Translations under genes and position numbers: made by a program
NCBI GenBank assembly: GCA_002269645.1
Contig: NIVC01000158.1
Span: 558,001 to 622,000 of the forward strand
Length of the DNA: 64,000 nucleotides
Source: Macrostomum lignano
Taxonomy: Eukaryota
Direction: 5' to 3'
Notes under the pieces: model-generated
The model's database searches: none
What the model was told of the DNA's origin: nothing
What the model saw: only the letters and a program-made list of their open reading frames with translations
In this document: positions 1 through 33,045 of the stretch, one piece after another
How the letters are laid out: each line of letters starts with the position of its first letter
How positions within the stretch are numbered: position 1 is the stretch's first letter

Positions 1-1097
1 GTCCAATCAGCGCGCAGTCACTTCTCTGCCCACCCCTCCCTCCATTTTATTGCCTTACCCCTCGCGCGCCCTGCTGGAGGGGGGTAGAGGTGAAGCTTCT
101 ATGTACATAATCCACCGGTTGAATGTACATTATTCCTGCACTGATAACAAACTGGACCACAAGCAATGTTCTTGCCCCCTATTATTGCCTCTCATGATCA
201 AGATGGCTGATTTATTCTTTACACACTATACTGAATAGAAAGCAGGAAAAGATTTAATTTTGCTTATATTTTAACTGGTTTTGAAGGTTTTCTCTTGGTC
301 GAACGATATAGTTAGAGCAAAAAATTGCGAAGACGCACAAAGCAACACGCGAGAGAATGGCTGAGACATTGCGGCTGGGACGGATACAAAAATGTTAAAA
401 TAAAATAATATAATTTTGCGCAGCGCTGACTACTGAGCTTACTAAACACTAAAGCTGAGCTTACTAGCGAGTGCGGTGCACAACACTGCATTTTTTACTA
501 AGAGACGAAGAAAACAGAGAAAACACAGCCAAGTGTACAAGTGTGTAACACAGTTGCTTTAACACAAGTACTTTCTCTACTTAGTAATAAGATCTATTAA
601 GACAAACTCTTAAGACTAAGTAAAAAGTACAAAAATCTAATTATTTTTCATGGAAAGAAACAGACAGATCAGATGTAAGTAGAATTGCTGTTGTATACAC
701 TTTACTACTCACTGCATATGCATACCGATCTGCACATTATAACTGCATATTGTAAAGGCAGCACAACAGATAAGGAGACAATATTTAAAGATCGTAAAAG
801 TAACAATCCGACATTTGTTCTTTTAAAGTGCAAAATGTACTTTCTAATTAAGAAATGTCAAAGCAATTCATCAGAAGTGAAAAACGCACTTAAGAAAATT
901 ATGCACTCGATAGAAATTCGAGGACAAATCTAAACAGAACCAAATGTTAGAAAATGAAGCGACTTGTAATTAATATATCAAATTACGGTTGTAATTCGCC
1001 TTTTAACTACTTATTACAGTAGTAGAAAGGTCAGCGCATTCAAACTCTAAAATTTTAGTTGTTAGTTGAAAATTTTTCCTGTCCCTCCAGCGTCGAC

Positions 1098-2197
<1,100 letters not shown>

Positions 2198-2877
2198 TCA
2201 ATTTGTTTTATTCAGCTAATTCCAGTTGTCAAAACAAAGAAGTCTACCAAAAGCACATTTTATAATCTTAGGTTGACTATATTGTATATAATGACTATCT
2301 ATACTATAGATAAAAAGATATTCTATAGTAAATGAAAAATTGTACACTACACTGAAAACTAGATTTATACTTCACCTTGTATCATGTAGCTCAGCAACTT
2401 AAATTTTTTTGGGATGCTGTTTTTTCTAACTGAATATAACTACTATGAATCTTGGGATTTGAATCAGGAACAAAATACTAAATAAAGATCATTTGAATGG
2501 TTAACAAACATAAAAAATTACTCCATGAATTAAGAAAGAATCACTGAAATAAAAAACTTTATAAATGATTCTAACAGACTTATAAGGAGCAAAAAAATTA
2601 ACTGATACCAAATCCACTTAATGCTTTCCTAAAATTAAAAAACCAGCATAGAGTAATATTCTTCATGCCACTTACAAGCTAGTTACTTTGTTTTCTTGAT
2701 ATTATAAAATTCACTTCATTGATTTTACTTAGTCTAAATTGATTTAAAATAGGAGACAGTACAATTTATAGCACCTTTATTGATCTGAAATTATAAACTT
2801 TAATTCATAGAAAAATATCTTATGCATAAAAGCAATGACTTTAAAAATCAATATATTATAAGTATTTATAATTCTTT

Positions 2878-3419
2878 GGCTATCCTGCAGAATCATTAAT
2901 TAAATTCAATGTAAATACTATTTAGCTATTGACATAAAACTTTCCAAAATGAATATTTTCATTATGCCAACTTTTTTGATCTGTTATGGCATTAAAATTC
3001 CATTTTAGGAGGTTGCAACTTAACTTTTATTGAAATTTCCAGGTTTTCCAAATTTTAACAACTATTAACAATTATGCAATTTTGAATTTATGCACTTATG
3101 TCACTATGGCAAAAATGTGCCTATGGCCAAAATTAGTCACAAACTCTGTGGCTTTGAGGAGAAGAGTTTGGGGTTAGAAATATTTGCTGCTAAGCTGCAA
3201 ATATTGCAAAAAAGTGCTTTTCACTTAAAAATGGCTAGTGGATGACCTTCTGCCCCAACATGGATTATGCCACCTCAAGAGGTTCACCTAGCCTTTGGAC
3301 TAGTGCCAAAACACTTGAAAATGTTGGAATAATTAAAATATTCATTTTTGGAAAGTTTTATGTCAATAGCTCAAAAATGTATGTATAGTGAGTTTAATAG
3401 AAGATTTTGCAGGATAGCC
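2878..3419. mobile_element. Non-autonomous TIR element (MITE), GGC...GCC termini
   Basis: Imperfect ~85-bp inverted repeats (GGCTATCCTGCA...AGCTATTGACATAAAACTTTCCAAAA(A)TGAATATTTT). The flanks AATTCTTT and AATTCTTA are a 7/8 match, consistent with an 8-bp TSD. Confidence 0.75.
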
Positions 3420-5896
3420 AATTCTTAAAAAATGCTTGAATATACATAGTAAAAACTAACATGATTAATAAATCAAATGATAATATAATAATGCATTATA
3501 TCTATACTATCAAAGTTTAGTTTCTTATCTGATTCTGATTGCTTCTATTCTACCCTTGAAAGCATTTTGAATTAGACTTAAACCTTATATTAGCTATTGC
3601 ACCTGACCTAGATATACATGAGCCATTTTTAAGTAAATCATTTACAGTTTTGCATTAATTGTAATTTGTAAATTTGTATACTGTCATTGAATTAATACTA
3701 AAAGCAAGTACAAGCTGAATGAAAGAGTTTTTAAAGATAAATACAAGTACAGCATACTATATACATACAATAACAATAGTTTGTAAATATCATAAAGGCT
3801 GTATGATAATCTTATCATAATCATCATGATCATGTAAAATTCACAGTTAAGTCATAGTTAGCTAGGCCCGCTACTTCAAATTTTATAAACCAATACTGGC
3901 AATAGTATAAACAATTAAATTTAAAAACAATTTTCGTTCTGATGCAAATACTACACTACGTAATTGGTCGTAAATACAATAACGTACTGTACTACTAGCA
4001 GTGGCGTAAATAAGGTGAACAAGGACACATATATCCAACAAATAGGCAAAAATTTTATTTTTTATTTTACTGTTTCTACCATATACTCCTTACTTCAGAC
4101 ATGTTAGTTTTTAGGGTATCATATTTATAATTTTTGGAGAAAATTATGCCTTATATCGTACCTAATCCCCCAAAACCAGGATAACCGCCCAGAAAACATC
4201 CTGTGATTAGACTGTAGGTTACTACGTATGTTGAAAAAACAATATAATACTTTAAATTAAACTGTAATGACTCTTAAATCCCACTTCAACAAAGTTAAAA
4301 TAAAAACGTATCAGTCCCAATAGTTTAAAAATTTTGGACTGATACTGTAATTTTAGTTAATTGATAAAAATAGTTAGGTAGAATCCTAATAAATAAAGCA
4401 CAAGAGTGGGACAAAAGTTTCACGTGACTCGTAGCTACCAAGCCGGTAAAAGTAATAGAGCTTTTAGAGCAAGATCTATAGAACTTCAATATAATTAACG
4501 CTGCAGTTTCAAATCGTATCGTTTTTACGATGTAAATTTTGCTATTTTCTAAGTCTTGTATGTTAAGAAGGCTCGTTCTATCACTAAAGCAATAGTTGGT
4601 TCTTACTTCTTGGTCATGGTTATGCGCAATCATTTATACTGCATAGCATTGATGCATTTACCATGGCAAATGTCCATTCGATAGTGGATGCCATTGCATT
4701 GTCAAACAACTATCAAATGAGAATGAGCAATTACATTTATTTCAACTGATACCATGCCACACAATTGTAGCTAATACTCGTAGAAAGGAATAAAACGTGA
4801 AAGTAAACAAATGTTTCTATTATTATAGGCATAATAATTACACTAAATTTTCAGACAAATTTGCCCGCGTGCCTTATCTTGCCATTTTTAATTACTTAAG
4901 TACAGAGACACGAAGAGAGGACTGGTGGACAATCAATGAGCAATAATTACAACTAGGTTAAGTAAGCAGACCTCGTCAATACGAACTGCGATTTAAAAGC
5001 TACGGTAAGCAAAAAATAATATATATTAATTCCAATTATGGAGCGTACAAGTGCTACATTACATGGTGTGATTAGACTTGGCTATTACGGTAAGAAGACA
5101 CAAAGTACAATTACGCACCTATAGATTACTTCATACAAGTACACACTAGTACCTAGTGTACAAGACAAACGAATATATTTCAAAGTCAGTTTAATCTTAT
5201 GAAAAAAGAAACAAAAAATTTCAAGTTTGTTGTTTCAGTAATTTGCTGGTTAAGTGAGATTACTCATTACAGCTAAAATAAGTTAGTAAAATAGTGGCCA
5301 AAATAATAAAAATTGAAATTCAACACTTAGCCAGATAAATGCATTACGCCATCGAATATTGAACTGCCTATAAAAATAGTTAATTCGCAAGTGGAAAGCT
5401 AAATAATTGAATGAATTTCAATAGTTAAAACAATTCGGTAGTGTATATAATCTAATTCTGAGCTGCAGCTGAGAGCGGAAAAGAATGGGAACAGGTGCGA
5501 ATAAAAGTTGAAACACAAAACCAGAATGAGAATTGCTAGCAAAGTTATATTTTGGAGGGAAGTTTAAATTAATAACATTAATAATATTACTATTAATAAT
5601 AGTAGGAATATAAAAATAGTAGAATATAGGAATATAGAAATCAGCTTGGCCAAAGAGAAAAAAGGCAAAAAACATACCTTTGCATCGAAAAAACTTGGAC
5701 GGGTCCTTTTTTAGCACGAAGCCACAAAAATAATACACCTGCCTTACTTATACTACTGCTATAGTAATACAGAAGTGATGCTTACTATACTAAAGAACCG
5801 AGAGCCCGCTCGTTCAATTATTTTACTCTACACAAGATTTGCAATTTATCAGTCATGAGCTACTATTACTACTTAAAACAGTTTGTTTTGATAATA

Positions 5897-23286
<17,390 letters not shown>

Positions 23287-23700
23287 GGCAAACTAATTTA
23301 AATGCCTTAATCAGAGAAGCATGAGCTGAAATGCCAGAGCAAAATAATAATTATTTAATGAGCGCGCGACTGCTTCTTGCTTATTAAAAAGTCAATAGAA
23401 AAAACATGGAAAATGGCTTAGATCTATTATGCATTCCTTTTTCCTTCGTCCGACAGTCAGTCTGTACATTTACTCGCCTCTCAGTTCATTACCCGATGAA
23501 AACGGTACCTAAGCCAAGAAGCGTCCCAGAGTCACTTGCGTTGCCCCTGAGTCTTTTCAGGTAACACAGGTAAAAATATGAAAGAAGTGACTCCAGACGA
23601 CTCGAAATTGACGAGATGTAACGGTACAAGTCAACAAAAAGTTGTCAAAGAGTCGCCTAAGAGTCACTTTAAAGCGTTTAATTGTCTGCGACTCTGAAAC

Positions 23701-24570
23701 GACTCTGGCGCGACGCAAGTGACTCTGGCTCGACGCAAGTGACTCTGGCGCGATGCAAGTGACTCTGGCGCGATGCAAGTGACTCTGGCGCGATGCAAGT
23801 GACTCTGGCGCGATGCAAGTGACTCTGGCGCGACGCAAGTGACTCTGGCGCGATGCAAGTGACTCTGGCGCGATGCAAGTGACTCTGGCGCGACGCAAGT
23901 GACTCTGGCGCGATGCAAGTGACTCTGGCGCGACGCAAGTGACTCTGGCGCGACGCAAGTGACTCTGGCGCGACGCAAGTGACTCTGGCGCAACGCAAGT
24001 GGCTCTGGCGCGATGCAAGTGACTCTGGCGCGACGCAAGTGACTCTGGCGCGATGCAAGTGACTCTGGCGCGACGCAAGTGACTCTGGCGCGACGCAAGT
24101 TACTCTGGCGCGACGCAAGTGACTCTGGCGCGATGCAAGTGACTCTGGCGCGACGCAAGTGACTCTGGCGCGACGCAAGTTACTCTGGCGCGACGCAAGT
24201 GACTCTGGCGCGACGCAAGTGACTCTGGCGCAACGCAAGTGACTCTGGCGCAACGCAAGTGGCTCTGGCGCGACGCAAGTGGCTCTGGCGCGACGCAAGA
24301 CTCTGGCGCGACGCAAGTGACTCTGGCGCGACTCTAATGACTCTGGCGCGACGCAAGTGACTCTGGCTCGACTCTAATGACTCTGGCGCGACGCAAGTGA
24401 CTCTGGCGCGACTCTAATGACTCTGGCACAACGCAAGTGACTCTGGCGCGATGCAAGTGACTCTGGCGCGATGCAAGTGACTCTGGCGCGATGCAAGTGT
24501 CTCTGGCGCGACGGTACATTGACTCTGGCGCGACGGTACATTGACTCTGGCGCGACGGTACATTGACTCT
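23701..24570. repeat. 20-bp CpG-rich satellite (GACTCTGGCGCGACGCAAGT) just upstream of the RPTP start codon
   Basis: About 40 tandem copies, with an inverted copy at 23526-23553. Confidence 0.95.
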
Positions 24571-26800
24571 GGAGCGGAAGAGTCCTATTTGAGGCCTGCC
24601 AGAGTCGCTGTAGAGTCACGGAGTTGAGTTTGAATCGTATTTGCATCGCTAGTTGAATTAGTCGCATCTCAGGCGAAAGTTAAGCGCCAACACAACGATT
24701 CTTCAACGATTTTTTTACGATTCTACAACTCACGTGACGCGCTTGTGACGCAACAGTCGCGCCTCTCCGTCACATTTGACGCGTTTAAGTCGTTAAAAAG
24801 TCACAAGAGCTGCCCCAGAGTCTCTAGATTCACTAGTGAGTTGTTTGCAACGACTTTTTGGCGATTATTGTTACGGTAGCGTTTTCAACGGTATAATATC
24901 ATACAATTATAGTATTCTATATCTAAAGTTTTTATTTAGTAAACAAAATCTGGTCTAGTAGATAAACAGTAAGGAAAAAACAGTCGGACTGTTAGTGAGT
25001 GACCAACAATGGAAGAGAAAAATAGCTACAATAATAGTCGGGTGGAATTTTGAGTACACGTACACAACTGCATCATGGGTGTGCCCAGACAGTGACTGAA
25101 AACCCCGTTTTTAATGCGCCGTGGGTTATGCCGAACTTAATGAGTGCTTGTGCACAAAAATGTTCAACAAATAGAAAGGAATAAATATAGACTGCTTAAG
25201 TTTACCTATACATGTTTTAGACATTTTTTTCACCTTAAACTATTGCCTTGACAACAACTACAGCATTTGTGTTAATCATTTCTAGACTTTAACTTATTAG
25301 ATGGCAAAAATATTTAAAACACTGAAAGACACTATACTGTTTTCTTCAATTTTGGCACTTCACAGGTCATAGGTCTGACAAAATAATGAAATAAATAATC
25401 GATAAAAGCTACAAAAACATTAATGGAGTAAACATGGTGATAACAAGGCCAATAAGAAAAAAATCGAAAATTAAAACTCTCAACCTGACTTATTTTAACT
25501 AGTCATGAAAACGTAGCTTTGCCTAATCAACGAGTAAACAAAAGAAAAATAAATCAATCTCCATGACAACCTTACCTCGGCAATAATAAAGTTCCTTGCG
25601 CAAAAAAGAGTTAAAGCAAATTATCTTACTTTAAAAGCTTAACAGAGTAATTATTGTGTTTCAAACACGACGCAGTTGGACTGACCGAGCGCGCCTTATT
25701 ATAATTGTAAATAAGGTGAAATAAGACGAAAGCGAGAAAGAATGGAACGTCTAAACAGCTCTTGCATGTGGTCCCTGGCTTGTTTTTTAGCCATTTTTTC
25801 TTTGCGTCGCGCCTCTCCGTCCTCTCAATCGCCCTATTTTGCTTTTCAATTGGAGGCTGACTTGGTGCGGCGAAGTTGGGGTGCGTCGGTGTCTGCATCT
25901 GTCTAACCCCTTCTGCTGCGCACAATCCGTTCCTTCGCACGCAGGCAGCCGCGCGACCAAAGCAAACTAATACAGAGCAGCAGCGGAGAGGGAGAGAGAC
26001 AGAAAAAATGAATAAACAAGCCAGTCCGAAACGGCACGATGCGAGGCAGTTCCGACACAACACTGAGAGAGGGAGGGGGAGAGAGGCAGAGAAGGAATGC
26101 AGGAGATGGAAGCTGAGGAGAAACAAGCTCACGACAGACAGAGATAGAGCACTAAGACTAATAAGCCAAGTCCGCTTCCCAAGCCTCATTATAGGCTGAC
26201 TGAATCATCAGAAGGGCTTTTTTGAGACTTACCAAGGGTGTGGCTGCCTATTGACAGCGCATGCAGAGACGCCCAACCAAGAGAAGCGAGAGGGTGCCTG
26301 CTGCAGTACACCCTGAGCAGTGAGGCAAATGGGAAGAGGGAACCAAAGTAGGTACTCACTCAGCCAATATTCTCTTGCCCCCACACCAGGAACTGCACGG
26401 ATTGGACACATGGGGTTAGAAGGGCGAGGAAATTTTTTCCTGTCGCAAGACTCAACACTTCCCCAAAATTTTTCTCCTCATCTTGCCTCTGCTTAATTGT
26501 TTGCCTTTGTTGTCGACTATAGTTGCCATTAGCAACCGTTTGCCTATCGCGTTGACGCAGGATTTTGAATGTGATAGAGAAAGAGGAAGCGTGGAATGGG
26601 AGGGTATATCAACCTCAGCCCCAACTCTTCCCAATTTCTGTCTACGTACGCTAGGCAGTCTTTTCTGCAAATCGCCCGTAAGTCTGGTTGAGACTAGTTT
26701 GTCACAGAGAAAGATTAGCCCAGGAAAAGTCAATGCTAAACCACCTGTTAACTTTGTTTGTTAAAATTCAATCCGAGAAATCAGAAAGCGAATTTTGATC

Positions 26801-29286
26801 ATGAAACAGCTTTGGCGGCTGCTTCCTGTGAAGTTAGTGGTCCTTTCGTGCTTCTTTATTACTAGCGGTGAGTAACTGCAGAACACAATGTCATTTTCTC
26901 ACTATTTGAATTAAAAATTGGAAAAAAACTCTAAGCAATACTAACATCCACACGAAATCCACAGCTAATGCTCAAAGGCCAGTCAGTGTCCGCCTAGTTG
27001 GCGGCTCGAAACCGAACCTCGGAGTTGTTGAAGTGACAATGTCAACGGGAGCAGTAGGTAGAATCTGCAATCTCGGCTTCGATAACAATGGTGCGTCTGT
27101 GGTATGCGCTATGCTCGGATACAGAGGAGTCACTGGACTCAAAGTGGATCTACCACCGTATACCGTTGGCAACACGAACACGGTCATCGCGATTAGCGGC
27201 TGTCCAGACTTTTTAGTAAGTTTAAATCACATTGACACAAGTAGCGGCATTAAGCCACCTGTTATGGCATTAAGCCAAACAGAAGTGGAACCCGAATAAC
27301 AAGATATGGCAAAAACTGGTTTTGTGGTTGATGCAAACGCAACCGATTACAGGAAGCATCAACTAGCACCTGGAATTTGGAAACGGCCTGTCGCTATGTT
27401 GTATCTTCATTTCCTCCCGATTGTGCGGGAAACGGTAGAGATGCGGCTGTTATTTGCACAGGAACCCAAACAACCAGCACGCCTGGTCCAACTTTGCCGC
27501 CCGACTTTGCCACAATTGCTCCGATCGATTGCAACAATACTATCACTAGCCTTAGGCTCGATCCTGGACCAGAGGAAGGCCTCGTGCTCATTCAGAACGG
27601 CAGCTTGGGCGGAGATAATTTCGGTACTATTTGCGCAGCTGGATTTAGTGCCATCGAGGCGGCCACCATCTGCCGTATGCTCTGCCGCAATGAGTAAGTT
27701 AACTCTTTGTTTAGTAAGTTAGGCTTTGCAAAACCAAGCCGCAACAACATAGTGAAACTTTCCAATTTTCAGAACTGCAAATGCCATAGGCATGTCTGGC
27801 AAATACCTAACCACAGCGGCCAGCTATCCTGTGATGCTATCCGGACTAAAATGCCCCGCTGGCGCTACCAGCACCAACGATTGCAAGCACAACGGCTGGG
27901 GCGCAGCACCTAGCTACTGTACTCCAAACACAGCAGTTAGCATTCGGTGCAGCCAGATCTCATTAACACCACCGCCAATACCCGCACCGTTTGTTGTGTG
28001 CCACCTATACGTTGCGAATGTATTCTTCACATACACTGACGTCGCCTCCGCCAGCCTGCTGAGCCTGTACGGAACGTACAATGAAACTACGTGCAATTTT
28101 ACAAAAAATGAAAACTCTACAACAGTGTGGGCAACTGTGCCCTATATTGGCTGCAATAGCGTTCAGACGACTAATGCTACGCATGTTATATACACCTCAA
28201 TGCTCTATAGGAATGTTACCGCTGTTAGTGGAGTCTATGTGGATGTGCCCTATATTATACCAGTGGAGTGCGCCATACCAAAGCTCAAGGAAGTGACAGC
28301 AGCATTGCTACCGGACGCTAGGACGGCCCCACCAATAACGGGAGGCGATAGTTACACATCAGAGGTAGGCATGCGGCGTTGATTGCAGAACTAAATTCAG
28401 TTCAAGGATTACTTGCTAATTCGTCAAGCCAAAAATCTTCCAATTTGCGAAATTGGAAAGAACTGTAGCTTATCCGGTCTAGTAATATGAAAATTCACAA
28501 TAAGAATGAAATTGCGCATTTAAGCAGAAACTGTAAGCGTTGAGTCGCAAACCATGCTTCGAAAATTGGGACCTGTAAGTAGGTCGGTGATAAGGAATCA
28601 GCCAGATTAGTCAAGATTTGTTCACAAGGTTATTTGACAGTAAGCCACGTCTAGCTAAGAAATTTTCAATTATTATTTACTCCAAATTAATAAAGGTCAA
28701 GCTCTACAGATCGTACAATGCCAGAGGCTTCTCAAGCGAAATCGCACCCGGCGATCGGCTAGTAGTTGGCTCGAGAATCTACGCCAGGGTACGCGAGACC
28801 AGCCCATTAAACGTGCGCCTGACCGTGCGCAACTGCTGGGCCAGCGACAAGTCGGACGGCACCGGGGCAAGCTACTACGTAGTGAGGAACAAGTGTGCCA
28901 CAGACGCCAACACTGTATTCCGAGTTGACGAAAAGAATATTGGCATCAATTTTGCCGTCATGTCATTCACCCAAACTGTCAGCACGCAGGCCTACATATT
29001 CTGCGATGTTACAATCTGTACACCAACGGATCCAGACGAACGCTGCTTGCAGACCTGCGGCACTGCAGTTAGGCGCCGACGAAAGCGTCAATTGTCGACT
29101 GAGAATGAACAAGAAAGCTCTCAGCAGCCGTCGCGAGGCCCCTACATTCTCACAGCAATGACAGCGATGGAGGTAGAAGCTTCAAGGGCTGCTTCCATCG
29201 CGGATGCCACCCTGCTGTGGCTAATGACGGCAGCGCTGGTTGCTGCTGTAGCATGGAACACTTTCTCCAGCGTATTTATCCATTAG
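26801..29286 (+). CDS. SRCR-SRCR-ZP domain protein (DMBT1/hensin-like, no CUB domain), ~613 aa; exons 26801-26867, 26965-27215, 27353-27693, 27773-28364, 28696-29286
   Basis: Signal peptide MKQLWRLLPVKLVVLSCFFITS. SRCR1 VRLVGG..GVVEV..GRIC..VVCAMLGY...DAAVIC; SRCR2 GTIC..ATIC..LKC..DC..WG..C..IRC. ZP-N and ZP-C Cys pattern (VRNCWAS..NKC..YIFCDVTIC..C..TC). Furin site RRRRKR and a hydrophobic C-terminus. Splice phases are consistent. Confidence 0.88.
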
Positions 29287-32200
29287 AAACTCGATTTCAT
29301 ACTGGACAAATAATAAGGCTCGAGTGTTGATAAGAAGCAGCACATGTAATGTCTTATGTAACAGTCAAGAACAACAGTAATTTCAAGTTGAAAAGTTTTT
29401 TCTTGTAGACAATTTTCATGTATTCCAATACAACCTAGACCACTTTTATATAAACTCTTTTGTACTGATTTTCTGAAGACTACTATCTGCAAATAACTTT
29501 TGTGTATTAGCCAGATCAACAAATTCTCATTAAAGTATTTATGCTTTCTAAAACCTAAATAATAAAAATGCTTTCTAAATAAATACATGTGTATGAAGTA
29601 AAACAATTTAATAAGTTTCCTTAACTGACTAATGCCAGTTAGTCAAAATAGCAGAACAAAAATAATTAAAATGCTATAGGTTTAAATAGCAATTAATTGT
29701 TTTGAACAATTTTTCTATGCAATATCTGTGTCCTTTATAGATAGTATATAAGCACTCAATAAGAAGTTTTGCAATATGACTATTATAGTCAATGGTAGTA
29801 GCAAATATGTAGTTTAAGTAAAAACCGAGAGTATTAGATTCTACAAATCAATGCTTCTTTTACTAGTTAATGAAGACAAAGTCTTTTCGCCCCAGTGAGC
29901 TTTGGGGTTGGAATTTTATAATACCTAGTGTTGTATCGATTATTTAAAGACTTTCAAGGCATTATTAACGCTGATGCTCCTAATATTTTGCGTCGTGTCA
30001 TACATAAAGTTAGCCTAATAGATAAAGTAGGGCGAGAGTTGTAAAATGTCTCTAACGTCAAATGATTTATAGGAAGGGAATTAGGGATGTCGATTCCCCA
30101 GGGAATTATCTTATCGGGGACCCCGGTGAAAAGAAAAAATAAGTTAAAACGGCGGATCACTTAGATTGTAAGTGGAATTTTTTAAACTTTGATTTAAGCT
30201 TTGTACTACATGTTCAAGGCGCAGGGGTAAAAATTTTAAACAATGTTTTTTTAAACTGTATTTGACAATGTGGCATCACGAAATCGTGCGCGCACCTTTA
30301 TCGGAAAAGTGCATTTGTTGGAATGCATGCTAAACAGCTACGCTCGTGAGAGGATAATTAATGAATGAGACTGTTTTTATAATCGGAATTTTATTTCGTG
30401 CATATATATGTAAATCACCATTTTGTCCTTGTCTAATAGGGAGTATATGTATGACACCCCCCTATGCGTCAGTGCCTGACGCATGACGCAGCGCTGCGCC
30501 TGCATCAAGCCGTCAACGCAGACCAACACAGCAGTCACTAGTCAGTAAGGCTTCTTTTTCCTGACGGGTTTCTTTTCTACGTGCAATTTGCTTGATTGAA
30601 TGACTTATTAGTGAAAAAAACAATCAAACGTGTGTTGTGTTTCAAATACATGTAATGCATTGAAATAAACAATTATGCGGTAAAAGAGCATAGACAGAGT
30701 TTCAATCAGCTTTCTGTGAATCAGTTTCTTATTTTAATGGCAAAAATTAAGTTACAAATGCATTTTTTCATATTTTTTCTCCCCAGGGTCCCCGGTTAAA
30801 TTCCCCGGAGAGTATTCCCCGACAAGCTCCCCGGGGAGCACTCCCGGGGTCAACATCCCTAGAAGGGAAACTACGAGCATAAGTTCTGCAACACAAATAC
30901 AAGTAGCTAAGCATTAATAGACGCACTGCACCGATAAAATGTAATGGAATTGCTCGAATCACCGACACCAAGACCCATAAAACTGGAGAAACTGGCAGGA
31001 TATAGTAGATACATGTAGGTCAGAATCAGAAGTGATCATGGGTGGGTGGGTCAAGTGATCATGGGTTCGACCTCGATTGTATTATTCCTTCTTAATCTTA
31101 TGCAATTAATTGTAAATTTGGTATGAAGTAACAGTAATTATCCTTGACCATGCTAGAGTAAAGACAAGTCAAAGTCAAGTTAATAAAAATAGACACACAG
31201 TGTAACAATAACAATGGTTTTTAGAGCCATTTTTCTTGTCTGTGTTTGTCTTTGTACATACATGTACATTTGGGAAGACTTATCTGGACCCAATCCCTTC
31301 TTATTCTACATGTACGCTGTTTTGGGTATGGGGGTTAGAGTTGGGCCGTCTGACACCCCATTCCCCCCCCCCTACCATAGTGGACTGGAGAGAAAGAAGC
31401 ACATGCTATCGCTATTGGCTAGCCTGTCGTTCTCTTTCTCTTTACCTTCTGTCTTGTGTAGCGTACACTATCCAATGCACAAGGCCCAACTTTCCACTAA
31501 AGGAAGGTTCATATAGTCCGCCCATGGGCTTCCTCTTGCTTTCGCGTACACTCAAGGCCACTCACTCTCAACACCAGCCACTAGAGGCTTGTTTTAAATA
31601 ATCGATCGATAATATTAAATGTACACTTGAAAGCTTGCTTTGGATCCTAGCAGAAGGGGGAGAAAGTGGCCAAGGCCACCACACCCCACAAGGCAGGCAG
31701 GCCGGCCCGAGTGTGATAACGAATGACAAAAAAATAGAAAAGTACAATTTACACATCAACTTTCAATACAATAAATACAATAATAGGTACGGTATTAATG
31801 ACAGTGTATTTTCGCACAAAGTAGCTACGTTCAAACCACCAGCACGTAAACAGCTAAAATTTCACTGTTTATAAAATTTTATAAAATTTAACACATCATT
31901 TTAGATATTGAAAACTTTTAAAGGAGGGTATTACTGTTGCATGTGACTATAAAATCGTGGTAGGTATAGCTGATGATGAAACTGGTGATTGGTATCTAGC
32001 TTTTTTGATAACTTAGCCGGTTAGACCCCGAAATAGCTATTGTAATTTGTAACGCTGGAGCCAAATACAAATACAATGGAGCAATTAGTTTCTCTCAAAT
32101 CTGTCTCTGCCAGTGCCAGTTTAGTCCATAGTAAGTAACCAAAGTAAAATACCCATTAGTGGTCCCGTTTCTAATGTTTATAAATATTAAGCTTCAGTTT

Positions 32201-33045
32201 ACTTTTGGCACAGTATGCAATTTTGAAAATTCACCCTAATAATGGTTTGCACCAGCAGGAAAGCAACTATTTTGTTGTTGGAAATCGGATTAAGCAGTCA
32301 AAAGAGTGTATTTCTATGAAAAAAGGTACTTTTTTTCCATTTTTTCAAATATTTAAACAGGTTTCGCTCTTTCAATAAAAAAATCATCGCAGTACCTTAA
32401 AGTACAGTTAGTTTGGAATTAGATGACGGCGTTGAATTGTTTCTTCCATATTCCAAAAATTATAATGAGCACTTTTCCTCAAATCAGTTTGAGATCATGA
32501 TTTTTAGTCTTTCGTCGATAACTTTCTGATTTCAAATGTTTAAGAATTGAAAACTTCCACACTTGTGTATCTTTGAATTGCGCATCAATTGGTGCATAGT
32601 ATGTATGCTTAACTATTAGCAGTATAGAAAAAAATGCAAAAAACTGTAAAAGTACATTTTCAATTTTTGCATTTTTTTCAACCAAAGTGCCAACTTTTTG
32701 ATACAATTGAAAAAAACAACCCAATAATGTTATGCATCTTAGTAAGGCGCACCTATAACCCTCGAACATTTTTAGCTCGAGTTTTAATGTGCATGAGGAA
32801 ATGCACTTTTGTAAAGACATAATCTTAAGACAAACATTTCAACTGAAGCCTGTTCCTTTTCTCCGCAGTGAATCCATACAAAACTATACTCGTTAAATAG
32901 ATCAGATTCTTCTCTTTAAAATGACACCTCACTTGTGAAATTCGCACTTGTAGTTTTGAAGTTACAGCAGTTTTTGTGAGATTTTTCTTGTCATTTTTTC
33001 GATGCACACGTCTCATATTATTATATTCGTCACAAGCCAGACCAC

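Noticed and set aside
3999-4230. CAGTGGCGTA start suggestive of a MITE terminus
   Set aside because: No matching TACGCCACTG end or TSD was found.
23557-24667. Repetitive RRARVTC/APESLAS ORFs and a CRISPR-like appearance
   Set aside because: Pure 20-bp tandem repeat with no unique spacers, no cas genes and a eukaryotic context.
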